Source: a virus. From it: DNA of 64,000 nt. The notes under the pieces were generated by a model. It was given only the letters and a program-made list of their open reading frames with translations, was not told the origin of the DNA and ran no database searches. A program made the position numbers and the translations under genes. The stretch covers positions 24,342 to 88,341 of IMG/VR virus record IMGVR_UViG_3300028030_000007; one strand, 5' to 3'. Positions within the stretch are counted from its first letter, which is position 1, and each line of letters begins with the position of its first letter. This document shows positions 1-9,700 of this stretch, one piece after another.

Positions 1-578
1 GACCTTAAGTACTTTTCATTGAAATTTGATGGATCGATAGCGTATTCAACGCCAACATCGTCTAAATATTTTTGAATTTGATCTTTTCTTAAGTGAAGGA
101 TCGGTCTGATGATCGTTATGTTTTCATCACTATTTTTATTCATGGGTGGCATGACTGAAAGACCGTTCGGACCGGATCCTCGAAGGATTCTCATGAGAAC
201 GGTTTCAGCCTTATCGTCGGCGTGATGTCCTAGAGCTAGTTTATTACGATCGTGTTGTTTGGCTATTTTGTATATTACCTTGTATCTTTCATCCCTAGCA
301 TTTTGCATAACATTTCTTGACCCATCAAAATGAATAGAAACACCGGTAAACATGAACCCGAATGATTTAGCTAATTTCCCTGCCAGTTTTACTTCATCTT
401 TTGACTCTGGTCTTAGGTTATGATCTACTGATATTACGTGTACGTTTTTATAACCCAGTTTCCCTAAGGCATAGACTAAAAGTTGTGAATCCGGCCCGCC
501 GGACGATCCAACAGCGAGTCTATCGTCTTCGTTAATTAAACCGTGTTTTTTGATGTATGATGCGATTGATGATATCAT
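1..578 (-). CDS. tilS: tRNA(Ile)-lysidine synthetase TilS (3' end beyond the left window edge)
   Basis: Not in the ORF track; translated by hand from ATG at 578. Contains LAVGSSGGPDS (PP-loop), VDHNLRPES, QNARDERY, LALGHHADDKAETVLMRILRGSG, IIRPIL and IDPSNFNEKYLR. Confidence 0.92.
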   Translation of the reverse strand, partial: MISSIASYIKKHGLINEDDRLAVGSSGGPDSQLLVYALGKLGYKNVHVISVDHNLRPESKDEVKLAGKLAKSFGFMFTGVSIHFDGSRNVMQNARDERYKVIYKIAKQHDRNKLALGHHADDKAETVLMRILRGSGPNGLSVMPPMNKNSDENITIIRPILHLRKDQIQKYLDDVGVEYAIDPSNFNEKYLR

Positions 579-623
579 TTGTTTTTAAATCTTTTTTCTA
601 TTTTGTTTATGTAAAATTACACC

Positions 624-631
624 TGTATGCT
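624..631 (+). promoter_or_regulatory. TGTANNNT -10-like motif, 6 nt before ATG 638
   Basis: TGTATGCT-aaaaat-ATG with no Shine-Dalgarno. Confidence 0.55.
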
Positions 632-637
632 AAAAAT

Positions 638-1045
638 ATGAAGACATCATCTAAAATGAAACAATACTCTGGGTGGGGAGAGTATGAAAATAGTCAGCTT
701 TGTATCGATATTAAAAACGATATTATAAAAAGGGCTAGAAGGCTTGCTTCAACGTTAACGTTGGATGAAGACATTGTTAAATTTGACCCATACGCTAATG
801 AGTTTATTGATTTCATTAAAAACACTATAGATGATATTTATAATTGTGATTTGATCAAGGAGTTAAGAAAAATCCTTGAGGGTGAGTTTAAATCTGTTCA
901 TGACAACGCGTACAAATTTGAAATAAATCCTCCGACATATAAACAATCAAGTGGTTGGAAAATTTACAATAAATTCATTGGAAAGATCTACGCTATAATA
1001 TATTATACCGATAATATAGGTAAAGGAAATAGAACTTATTCATGA
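638..1045 (+). CDS. Hypothetical protein
   Basis: Track ORF 557..1045. Start moved to ATG 638 because 557 overlaps tilS and TGTATGCT sits 6 nt upstream of 638. ATGA overlap with the next gene. Confidence 0.65.
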   Translation: MKTSSKMKQYSGWGEYENSQLCIDIKNDIIKRARRLASTLTLDEDIVKFDPYANEFIDFIKNTIDDIYNCDLIKELRKILEGEFKSVHDNAYKFEINPPTYKQSSGWKIYNKFIGKIYAIIYYTDNIGKGNRTYS

Positions 1046-1614
1046 AAAAGTCGGACGGAATAAGGTCAAAAATAATTGACGCGGTTGTAAAGAGCACACC
1101 GTCAGTAATAAATAGAATACTAGTTGATGGACATGTAATAATAGATGGTACAGAAATTTCCGCGTATAAGAAGAAAGATGGTATCATAATAGAGATAGAG
1201 GTTCCGACAGACTCAATAAAAATTTCCGGGAAAGATGACAATAAACCTGCTAAAAAAAGAATAGAAACCGCTAGGGAAATATACGAAAAGAATCAAGATA
1301 TAATACACGGCAGAAAAAATGTCAGTCGAGGGACTAAGGGGAAAGTAGGCGTTAGCAAAGCATATGCATCAAAGAATTTCAATCCAACAACGAAAAGAGA
1401 CGTTAGACAATTGTCTAGAAAACAGGTTGAATATAACGTTGATATTGACGATGAAGTAGAAGTATTCATTGAAGACAATGGTAAAGTTATTAGTGTGAAT
1501 TCCGATAAACAAAGGAATGACATACTAAACAAATACTCTGAAAAGATAACTAAGGTTATAACTAAATCACTCTCTGAACATATTGAAAAACTGATCGGTG
1601 AAAGTAAATTATGA
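1042..1614 (+). CDS. Hypothetical protein, possibly neck or tail-completion protein
   Basis: 190-aa ORF with ATGA overlaps on both sides. Function inferred only from position ahead of the tail genes. Confidence 0.55.
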   Translation: MKKSDGIRSKIIDAVVKSTPSVINRILVDGHVIIDGTEISAYKKKDGIIIEIEVPTDSIKISGKDDNKPAKKRIETAREIYEKNQDIIHGRKNVSRGTKGKVGVSKAYASKNFNPTTKRDVRQLSRKQVEYNVDIDDEVEVFIEDNGKVISVNSDKQRNDILNKYSEKITKVITKSLSEHIEKLIGESKL

Positions 1615-2231
1615 AAGCTTACAAAATAACAAATAACTCAAACATGAACATAAGAATAGAAGATATCGGTGTTCAGATAAACTCTAAATGTTCTTGTATC
1701 GTATCTCAACAACAACTCGGTTCATCGAGTGATATAAATAGATTTTCAGATTACATAACAGTAAATGAAATAGTAGTAAATAACCCGTCATCAATACATA
1801 AACCGAGTTTTATAAAAAAGCATGGTCAGATAATATTCAATCCGATCATGGAAAAGAAAGAAAGTCATACCGAAGAAAGAATAGACGATATAAACAAACA
1901 TTTAGTCGGGCTTAACAAATCGATAGAAGAATTGAAGAGTCTAATAAATGAAAGAGCAAGATTGATTGAAGAAAGTAAATCGATCATAAAGTATGAAATA
2001 GAGAAACAACCGGGGTCAGAAAGTAAAATTGATGAAGATCCGGAAAGTATGATAGTTGTTGGTGAACTTGTTCCGACACCTAAAGAAACACAGATCAATA
2101 TTAGGTCAAAAGAAACTGAGTCAGAATCGTTTTCTTCTGCTAGAAAGGCGTTGAAAAACGCTAGGAAATCCACTAAGAAGCCGTCAAGAAAATCAACCAA
2201 GAAACCCGCCAGGAAATCAACTAAAAAATGA
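1611..2231 (+). CDS. Hypothetical protein with central coiled coil and basic RKSTKK-repeat C-terminal tail
   Basis: Heptad region IDDINKHLVGLNKSIEELKSLINER; C-terminus ARKSTKKPSRKSTKKPARKSTKK. Confidence 0.7.
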   Translation: MKAYKITNNSNMNIRIEDIGVQINSKCSCIVSQQQLGSSSDINRFSDYITVNEIVVNNPSSIHKPSFIKKHGQIIFNPIMEKKESHTEERIDDINKHLVGLNKSIEELKSLINERARLIEESKSIIKYEIEKQPGSESKIDEDPESMIVVGELVPTPKETQINIRSKETESESFSSARKALKNARKSTKKPSRKSTKKPARKSTKK

Positions 2232-2602
2232 ATAAAAAACAGTTTTTATTGCAACTAGCGGATCATCACTCTAGACTGGCGGCATCATTCAATAAGATCG
2301 CTCGCGATGAAGAGTGTCGTACATTATTGGACACTGCAAGCACACTTATAAAAAAGTCCATACAATACTCATTTATGAGTAGACTTGATAATCCGATGTT
2401 GTATGTTCAACAGTTTAATAATATATTAAATAATAATCTTGATAAACTCATTGAATGCGGGATCACTAAAAGTTATATGTTACAACTTGTTCAAGATTTG
2501 ACTAGATATGAAGTTGATAGAGCGTCAAAAGTATCCGATAACAAATTTCATGAAAATGTATTAAGAAAACTAATACAAGTTGTAACCCGTCAAAATTGGT
2601 AA
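2228..2602 (+). CDS. Hypothetical helical protein with conserved basic N-terminal leader (leader paralogous to 5685..6149)
   Basis: Begins MNKKQFLLQLADHHSRLAASFNKIA; ATGA overlap with the upstream gene. Confidence 0.7.
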   Translation: MNKKQFLLQLADHHSRLAASFNKIARDEECRTLLDTASTLIKKSIQYSFMSRLDNPMLYVQQFNNILNNNLDKLIECGITKSYMLQLVQDLTRYEVDRASKVSDNKFHENVLRKLIQVVTRQNW

Positions 2603-2669
2603 AAACGTAGGCGGCTGTTGTATTGTATTGTTATTCAATGACCGCCTACGAAAGTATTTGGAGATACTA

Positions 2670-3653
2670 ATGGAACCTGGAGTTGGACTAGATTGTGGAA
2701 CAATGAACTTTGTCTCTGCCAGAAGAAATGGCAAGAAGATATCTACATCGAGACTTCGGGATGTGTTCATTGATCTTCCTAAAGAAAATAAAAGGATGCT
2801 TAAACTATCAAAAACCTCATACATAGAGTATGACGGAAAATTGATAGTAATAGGTGATGAAGCTATACAAACGGCGAACTTGTTTAATAAAGAGGTTCGT
2901 CGTCCAATGAATAACGGAATAATTTCATCAGGAGAGATTGAAGCCAGAAGCGTCATGGCAATAATGATGAAACAGCTTCTAGGCGATCCGATAGCAGAGA
3001 ATGAAAAATGTTGTTACTCTGTTCCGGCGAAGTCCATAGATAACAATTCTGACATTATCTATCATAGAGCGATGTTAGGAATGATACTCGAAGAAATAGG
3101 GTATGACCCTGAGCCAATAAATGAATCTCTGGCCGTTATCTATTCTGAGTGTGAAAAAGATAACTTTTCAGGGATCGCGCTTTCATTTGGGTCCGGGATG
3201 ACCAACGTTTGTATGTCGTATAATGCTATGAGCGCTATGGAGTTTTCCCTAGGTAGAGGCGGCGATTGGGTTGACAATGGAGCGGCGAAGGCTGTTGGAA
3301 GTACATCAGCTAAGATGTGCTCAATAAAAGAAAAGGGTGTGAATATTAAAGCACCTAGTAGTAGAAATGAAGAGGCCATAGCGCTTTATATAAGGGAACT
3401 CATCGATTATTCCATTAAGGGAATCATTAAAGAGTTTTCATCGAATGATAACATAATGACGATCCCAACATCTATCCCGATCGTTATATCTGGTGGTACG
3501 TCACTCGCTGATGGTTTCGCTGATATGTTCACTGAGAGATTCGAAAAATTTAAGGATAAGTTTCCTGTTAGCGTGTCAAACATCAGGCAGGCTAAGGATC
3601 CACTTACTTCTGTCGCTAATGGTCTTTTGTTAATATCATCACTTGATGATTAA
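2670..3653 (+). CDS. Actin-fold ATPase, volactin/MreB-like
   Basis: Phosphate-1 GLDCGTMN, connect-1 EPINESLAVIY, phosphate-2 SFGSGMTN, adenosine IVISGGTS, connect-2 DPLTSVANG. GGAG precedes ATG 2670 (track start 2628 is a TTG). Confidence 0.88.
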   Translation: MEPGVGLDCGTMNFVSARRNGKKISTSRLRDVFIDLPKENKRMLKLSKTSYIEYDGKLIVIGDEAIQTANLFNKEVRRPMNNGIISSGEIEARSVMAIMMKQLLGDPIAENEKCCYSVPAKSIDNNSDIIYHRAMLGMILEEIGYDPEPINESLAVIYSECEKDNFSGIALSFGSGMTNVCMSYNAMSAMEFSLGRGGDWVDNGAAKAVGSTSAKMCSIKEKGVNIKAPSSRNEEAIALYIRELIDYSIKGIIKEFSSNDNIMTIPTSIPIVISGGTSLADGFADMFTERFEKFKDKFPVSVSNIRQAKDPLTSVANGLLLISSLDD

Positions 3654-3711
3654 GATTTTTTTATTTGATTAAGTTTAGACAATTTCTAAACCTAACGCAA
3701 GGAATATATCG

Positions 3712-4020
3712 ATGGCGAAGATAATGTACAAGGGTGTTACTTTTGTAGTCGGAGATCCGAAAAAGCCTGAGCCCAAGAAGGTTGAAAAGAAGGCCGAAAA
3801 GAAGGCCGAGCCAAAGAAGGCCGAGCCAAAGAAGGTTGAAAAGGTTGAAAAGGTTGAAAAGGTTGAAAAGAAGCCTGAGCCCAAGAAGCCTGAGCCCAAG
3901 AAGCCTGAGCCCAAGAAGCCTGAGCCCAAGAAGCCTGAGCCCAAGAAGGAAGAGCCTAAGAAGGTGATCACCAGAAGGGCTACAAGAAAAAAGTCAACTA
4001 GAAGGTCATCAAAGAAGTAG
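3712..4020 (+). CDS. Low-complexity Lys/Pro/Glu/Val-rich protein with basic C-terminal tail
   Basis: AAGGA Shine-Dalgarno; KKPEP, KVE and KKAE repeats; ends TRRATRKKSTRRSSKK. Confidence 0.75.
   Translation: MAKIMYKGVTFVVGDPKKPEPKKVEKKAEKKAEPKKAEPKKVEKVEKVEKVEKKPEPKKPEPKKPEPKKPEPKKPEPKKEEPKKVITRRATRKKSTRRSSKK
3832..3942 (+). repeat. Coding tandem repeats: (AAGGTTGAA)x4 followed by (AAGAAGCCTGAGCCC)x5
   Basis: Perfect 9-bp units at 3832-3867 and perfect 15-bp units at 3868-3942. Confidence 0.95.
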
Positions 4021-4027
4021 ATGATAA

Positions 4028-5170
4028 ATGATATCATGGATATCAAACCCAATAAAGAAACGGGTAGTTGAATTATTAAAGAATATACTATCCGAAAATC
4101 CTAAGTATGCACAATATTCCGATAATATTCTAAATAAATTTTCATATAAAGAGAGACAATCTGTCGGAATAATAGTAAACTCCACATCATCAAATAAACT
4201 TCACATGTCAGCGGATAACTTCCTAGGGAATTATTATTCGTTTGTCATGTTATCATCGGTCGATGGTTACTCATCAAAATCCATTGAGTGGGTGAAAGAA
4301 GACAGGTATAAACTTCTTCAGTTATCGTCAAAGGCCGATAACTTCCCTACAAAGCCAGGATCATACGTCGTTGAGATAACGAAAGTTCCGGACCAAACAC
4401 CCGGTACTTTTGTTATTTACAGTTATCTCGATGTACGCAGTGAACAGTTAATTCTTGTAAATACCGGGTCATCTGTGGAGGCCCAACTTCCAGCGACCGA
4501 TATCGTTGAAAATTCTGTTGATCTGTACTATGATGACAAATATGCGTTAATTAATGGAAGTGATTACACAATAGATTATGAGTCGGGTCTTATAACGTTC
4601 ACAGAATTGACCGCTGATGCTAACGTAACCGCGTCATACCGTTATTATAGTGGTAAATCGTCCGAGTATGAGTATGAATATGACAAATACAATAACACGG
4701 CTTTACCTGGTGTTATAATAGCATTTGGTGAGTATTCACAACTAGGTGATAAACAAGTAATAACAGTCACGGATGAGAGACTTCACGTTTATGATACATA
4801 TGGTGGGAGATTTGAAACTGATTTTGGATTAACTTTATTCACTAAAGATCCAGAAGAAAGAGAAAGACTGACAGATTATATAATACTAAAGATACTTCAA
4901 TCACAAAGTAGTCTAGCTGATGAGGGAATAGAAATTCTTAACGTAGGTCATGGCGGGGAAGACGAAGAAGCTTATAACTCAGAAACTGATGAGTATTACT
5001 ACGAATCAAACGTAAGTTTGCAACTTCGCGTTGATTGGATGATTTACAAGCCAAAGGTTATAACTTCAATAGGCTACAATTTGAATGATGATAATCATCC
5101 AGAAAAAGCTAGCACAGTTATAAATGTGTGCAATGTATACAGAAATACAACAATACCGATGATGAGATAG
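4028..5170 (+). CDS. Putative tail terminator / tail-completion protein with inserted beta-sandwich domain
   Basis: Lies upstream of the sheath. C-terminal FGLTLFTKDPEERERLTDYI...YYESNVSLQLRVDW resembles tail terminators; internal DYTIDYESGLITF...VTASYRY module. Confidence 0.55.
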   Translation: MISWISNPIKKRVVELLKNILSENPKYAQYSDNILNKFSYKERQSVGIIVNSTSSNKLHMSADNFLGNYYSFVMLSSVDGYSSKSIEWVKEDRYKLLQLSSKADNFPTKPGSYVVEITKVPDQTPGTFVIYSYLDVRSEQLILVNTGSSVEAQLPATDIVENSVDLYYDDKYALINGSDYTIDYESGLITFTELTADANVTASYRYYSGKSSEYEYEYDKYNNTALPGVIIAFGEYSQLGDKQVITVTDERLHVYDTYGGRFETDFGLTLFTKDPEERERLTDYIILKILQSQSSLADEGIEILNVGHGGEDEEAYNSETDEYYYESNVSLQLRVDWMIYKPKVITSIGYNLNDDNHPEKASTVINVCNVYRNTTIPMMR

Positions 5171-5212
5171 TGTATAGTTATATATGTTAACCCACTACAA
5201 GGAATCACTATA

Positions 5213-5659
5213 ATGCCGATATATGAATACTACTGTGAAAAATGTAACTATTTGTTTGAACAGTTACTAAATAGTTCTGAAAAAGAAGAATATAAAGACG
5301 GTTATCCATGCCCACAATGCGGTAAGATCGCCACAAAGTTGATATCAAAGTCTAATTTTGTTTTTAAATCAGACACTCCCGGTAACTCTGGAGTCCATGA
5401 TCTGGACTACCCATCGGTTGATAAAGCCGTAGGACGTTCAGCCAATAGAAAGTGGAAAGAAATACACAAACAACAAGAAGCTAGGGACAAGGTAAGGAAA
5501 GAAACCGGTAAACAAGCACTGTCTACCGTATCAATAGCTGAGAATAAATACAAGCCAGCTAGCAAGGACATACTAGAAGACAGAAAAAAACTAAACAAAA
5601 AACTATCCAATATACCAGAATCTAATTTCATTAAATACGAACCATCAGTGAAAAAATAA
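5213..5659 (+). CDS. FmdB-family zinc-ribbon protein
   Basis: MPIYEYYCEKCNYLFE...CPQCGKIATKLIS signature; AAGGA Shine-Dalgarno. Confidence 0.8.
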   Translation: MPIYEYYCEKCNYLFEQLLNSSEKEEYKDGYPCPQCGKIATKLISKSNFVFKSDTPGNSGVHDLDYPSVDKAVGRSANRKWKEIHKQQEARDKVRKETGKQALSTVSIAENKYKPASKDILEDRKKLNKKLSNIPESNFIKYEPSVKK

Positions 5660-5684
5660 AACTACTATAAAGTTTGTTATACAA

Positions 5685-6149
5685 ATGAATAAAGTAGAAT
5701 TTTTAATGTCGCTGTCAAAGCATCATGAAAGGTTAGCCTCATCGTTTAGAAAAGAGGCTTCACTCATTAGTGATGATGTTGATCAGTATGGTCCCCAGGA
5801 AGACTCTATTGACATTTGGAAGTTAATTCCCATTGTTGATAATGAGGTTGTCGGCATAGGTGATATGCTGGAGGACCTTAGAGAGACCATCATGGGCGAG
5901 TACAATGGTACACGCTCTGTTAACGATATACTATCTGTATTCTACACTATATATGACATGATTTCTCATCTTGCAGAAAGTGTCAAGGAAATCGATAAAG
6001 CTATTGGTGGCGATGAATACACGAAAAAGTACAGGTCAAAGCTTTTGAACATGATCCATTTTTCTGAAATGCCTAATAAAAAGTATGCATGGATGAAGAG
6101 TGAACTTGCAGAGTTTATCGGTGAAAAGCTTTCATCAAATTTGTGGTGA
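5685..6149 (+). CDS. Hypothetical helical protein with conserved basic N-terminal leader (leader paralogous to 2228..2602)
   Basis: Begins MNKVEFLMSLSKHHERLASSFRKEA, followed by an acidic segment. Confidence 0.7.
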   Translation: MNKVEFLMSLSKHHERLASSFRKEASLISDDVDQYGPQEDSIDIWKLIPIVDNEVVGIGDMLEDLRETIMGEYNGTRSVNDILSVFYTIYDMISHLAESVKEIDKAIGGDEYTKKYRSKLLNMIHFSEMPNKKYAWMKSELAEFIGEKLSSNLW

Positions 6150-6179
6150 TAAGACTGGCGTACGGTGGCGCATGGTTAA

Positions 6180-6578
6180 ATGTCAATTCTAAGAAAAGTT
6201 AGCCATCGATATAGAGTCGCCGCATTTACTAGAACAATACCTAATAACAGTGAATATTATAAAAATCAAATAACATACGATAATGAAAAAATCAAATCAT
6301 TAATACTAGAAGCCAACGAAAAACTTAATGACCTGAGAGAATCACTAAACAACGTAGGTAGTGTTATCACACCTCCGTCATTGATGATATACAGGATAAT
6401 CAATATAGCTTACATATTACAGTATACAAATATGTTTAGCAATGATATATTAATGGACTATATGTATGAAATAATGATTGTACTAAATAGTTCATTACCA
6501 AAAAGTTCACCCATTAGATTTAGATTGATCGATAAATTGATGTCCGCTGAGTCATTTTATCGATCTAAATTTAAATGA
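6180..6578 (+). CDS. Hypothetical protein with basic N-terminus (RKVSHRYRVA)
   Basis: 132-aa ORF filling the gap before the sheath gene. Confidence 0.65.
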   Translation: MSILRKVSHRYRVAAFTRTIPNNSEYYKNQITYDNEKIKSLILEANEKLNDLRESLNNVGSVITPPSLMIYRIINIAYILQYTNMFSNDILMDYMYEIMIVLNSSLPKSSPIRFRLIDKLMSAESFYRSKFK

Positions 6579-6740
6579 TATAAACAAAACCATACCGAGT
6601 AATTTACAAAAACCATGTCAGTTAAAAGTTTTTTAGGGAATCATACATGTAAAATATGACTATACGTCACAAATTTTACATGAGATATGAAACTATTATA
6701 AGTATTTGTTAACAGATAAAAACATCTAAGAGGTTATAAC

Positions 6741-9700
6741 ATGGGTATCGGACCTTACACCACTTATGCTCCCCCTGGCGTATACACTAGAACGATTAAC
6801 GAACCAACCGGTGGAGTTTCTACCGGTGGAGTTAGAATCCCCGCTATCATCGGAACTTCTGTAGAATACATTTCACAGTATAACTATGAAATGATCAGAG
6901 GTTCCTCGTCTGTTGCAGATACTCAAGTTTTCAATGAAAACGTTGCATACAGATGGGTTACTGGCGGAACTGATGATAACCCAAAGTTTGGACAGCAAAA
7001 CGGATCACTCACTAAGTTTAGAGTGGCTAACTACCCGATCGTTGATGGTAACGGTTCTGGGACTGTGGCTATTAACTCTTCATCAATATCAGTCACTGTT
7101 AACGGTGAAGAAGTTCCGGTTCAATCAGTTAACGGTAGCTACGGAATAGTTTCCCTTGTTGCTCCTACTACGACTACTGATGAGGTTCTCGTAACTTATT
7201 ACTTTGATCGTAAAGATACCCAGATCACTGATGATGTATCTGACCAGGTTACGTCAGGTGTTGCTTCATTGACCTCTAGTAAAGCCGAGTCATACGAGAT
7301 AACTAGCGGTACGAATGAAAACCTCTACGTTAAGGTTGATGACACCACTGATGTTACGATACCGCTTACTGCTGGTACAAGATCTGCTCAACAGATCGTT
7401 GATGATATTAATCTAGTCTCAGCTACCACTGGGTTATCAGCAACCGTTCACTCTGATAATAACAATGAAAACAGAGTGAAGCTCGTTGCCACAAGTAATA
7501 TAGAAATTCTGAGCACGACCAATAATGCGGCTTTCGCACTTGGTTTCACCTCAGGTCAATATTCTGGCAGAAACCTCGTTTTCACTGTTTTCAACGGTCC
7601 GATCGTTGATGGTTCAGACGGTGGTATTACCACGACTGATCCGACTAAGGTCACAGTGACGATTAACGGATCCACTGTTGCAGCTTCTGAAGTTAACGGT
7701 TCTACTAGAGCGGTGACGCTACCCTACGCCCCGGCTTCCGGGTCTACGGTTAAAATTACCTATTACTTCAATACCTTCCAGGATACGTTTGACTATCTTC
7801 CAAATTCAAACATCCTTACTATCAACTCAGTAGGTATCGCTCCTGATAACACTGATTATACTGAGGGTAACGATTTTGTCATAGTTAATGATGGTGATCA
7901 GTCCTACATTAAGTGGGGGACTAGCGCTCTTGTTTTTGAGGGGACCACAACTGGAACCAAGCCTTTCAACACGCAAGAGACTATTAATCTTATCGATGAT
8001 AGAATCTACATGGAACAGTGCTCTGATTACACTGATCCATCAACGAATACGGTTTCATTGGTTAAGTTCTCTCTTCAGTCAATCCCCACTACCGGTAATG
8101 GAAGAGACACGGTACTTGATTCATCTACCTATAATTCAGTCTCGAATGGTAGAATTGGGCTGACGACTGATAATCCCGGTCTTATCAAGGCTTACGTCGG
8201 TAAAGATGTTATCGACGCGATGTCACGATCTAACGTGACAATTAAGAGTGTTGATGGGTCTAACGGGATCATTGAGCTTGTTGACGCCATACCGAGTGGT
8301 AGTAAGGTATTCGTTACTTACTGGTACAATAGAATATCTGACGATGAGTACACACTTACTTGTACTACGTCCGGAGCATCTGGTATTGGTAAATACAAGA
8401 TCACCGATAAGTCTGGTAACACGATATACACCACGAAGTTTGGTTCAAAGTCTGGAATGTCAAAGGATGTGAACTGGCCCTCCGGCGTTGAGTCAACCCC
8501 TGATGCGTTCCACTCTGGTGGGAACCCGGTGAATGAAACCGTTACGGTAACGTTCGATAACACGATTTATCCTGCTACTCACGCTACCATAACGACTGAT
8601 CCTGGTCCATTTGATATTTATTCAACAAAATCAATCTTCGGACCGATTCTTGTTGATAACGCTACGGTTGCTGGTGCTAATCTTGGACATGGATCAGTAG
8701 CTACATATATTGGTGATCTTGTTGATAACCCTGGATCAATGTCGTTCACTGCAAGTGACTATCTTTCAATAACAGTGGATAGCATTGATATCGATCCAAT
8801 AGCACTGTCATCAGCTACATCACTTGCAAATGTTGCTGCATTGATCGATACTGCCATTTCTAATGACACTCAGACTCATAGTGATGGATCCGACATTTTC
8901 GCTGCAGGAACTGTTGCAACATTAGTTACAGCGGTGAATGAGCTTAAAGCTAATTACAATCATCACGTGAGTAATGAGGATAATAGTGGTGGTCACGCTA
9001 CACCAGCAAATGATTATCATAACAACCTAGGAACTGCAATATCTACTGCAGATGCTACTGATTGGGCCACTGCTAAAGCTTTGATAGATGAAATAGCAAC
9101 GGCTTATGAGTTACATAGAGTTGATACTCCTACTTTGCATGCCGCAGCTGATAATACAAATAAATTGGATCTAACATTAACATCAGATACTCCATACGAT
9201 GCAGTTGACAAATTAAATGATATAATAAGTAAGTTTAATAGTCACATTTCAAATGATTCCGGTGTATCTGGTTATCATACAAATGCTGACACATTCAACG
9301 GAGTGATAACAACAGCGGTGTTTTCACCTAACAATCTTGTAGATAGCATTACTTATGGATCACAAGGATTCTTGGTGATCAAGAGCAATGAATCATCAGG
9401 ATCAGATTACTACGTTAACGTAAAAATTAATAAGCCATCAGGCAGTGGACAGTCAGATGCTTCTGCTAAGGTTGGACTTGACACTACCAGAGAAGCTAAC
9501 GCGTATGATTGGTTAGCAGTCGATTATCCTGCATTTGTTTACGGAACGAAAACCCCGAGCTTTAACATTCAGTCACTCGTTAGCGATTCACTGAGTCTTG
9601 GTATCGATGGACTTTCGTTCTCCGTTCCTCTTGTTACAGGATCAGCTAGATCGATAAGATCAGTTGTTGATAGGGTTAATGCATCATTTGTTGGTGCAAC

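Noticed and set aside
2158-2231. Histone H3 tail mimicry (ARKST matches the H3 K9/S10 context)
   Set aside because: Host markers are bacterial; a low-complexity basic repeat explains the match.
3675-4052. Antisense ORF with FLGSG repeats and +1-frame ORF 3782..3967 with RSLSP repeats
   Set aside because: Both are shadows of the stop-free tandem repeat; only 3712..4020 has a Shine-Dalgarno and fits the operon.
6579-6740. tRNA or structured ncRNA in the largest intergenic gap
   Set aside because: AT-rich with no cloverleaf or convincing stem; looks like the sheath promoter and leader.
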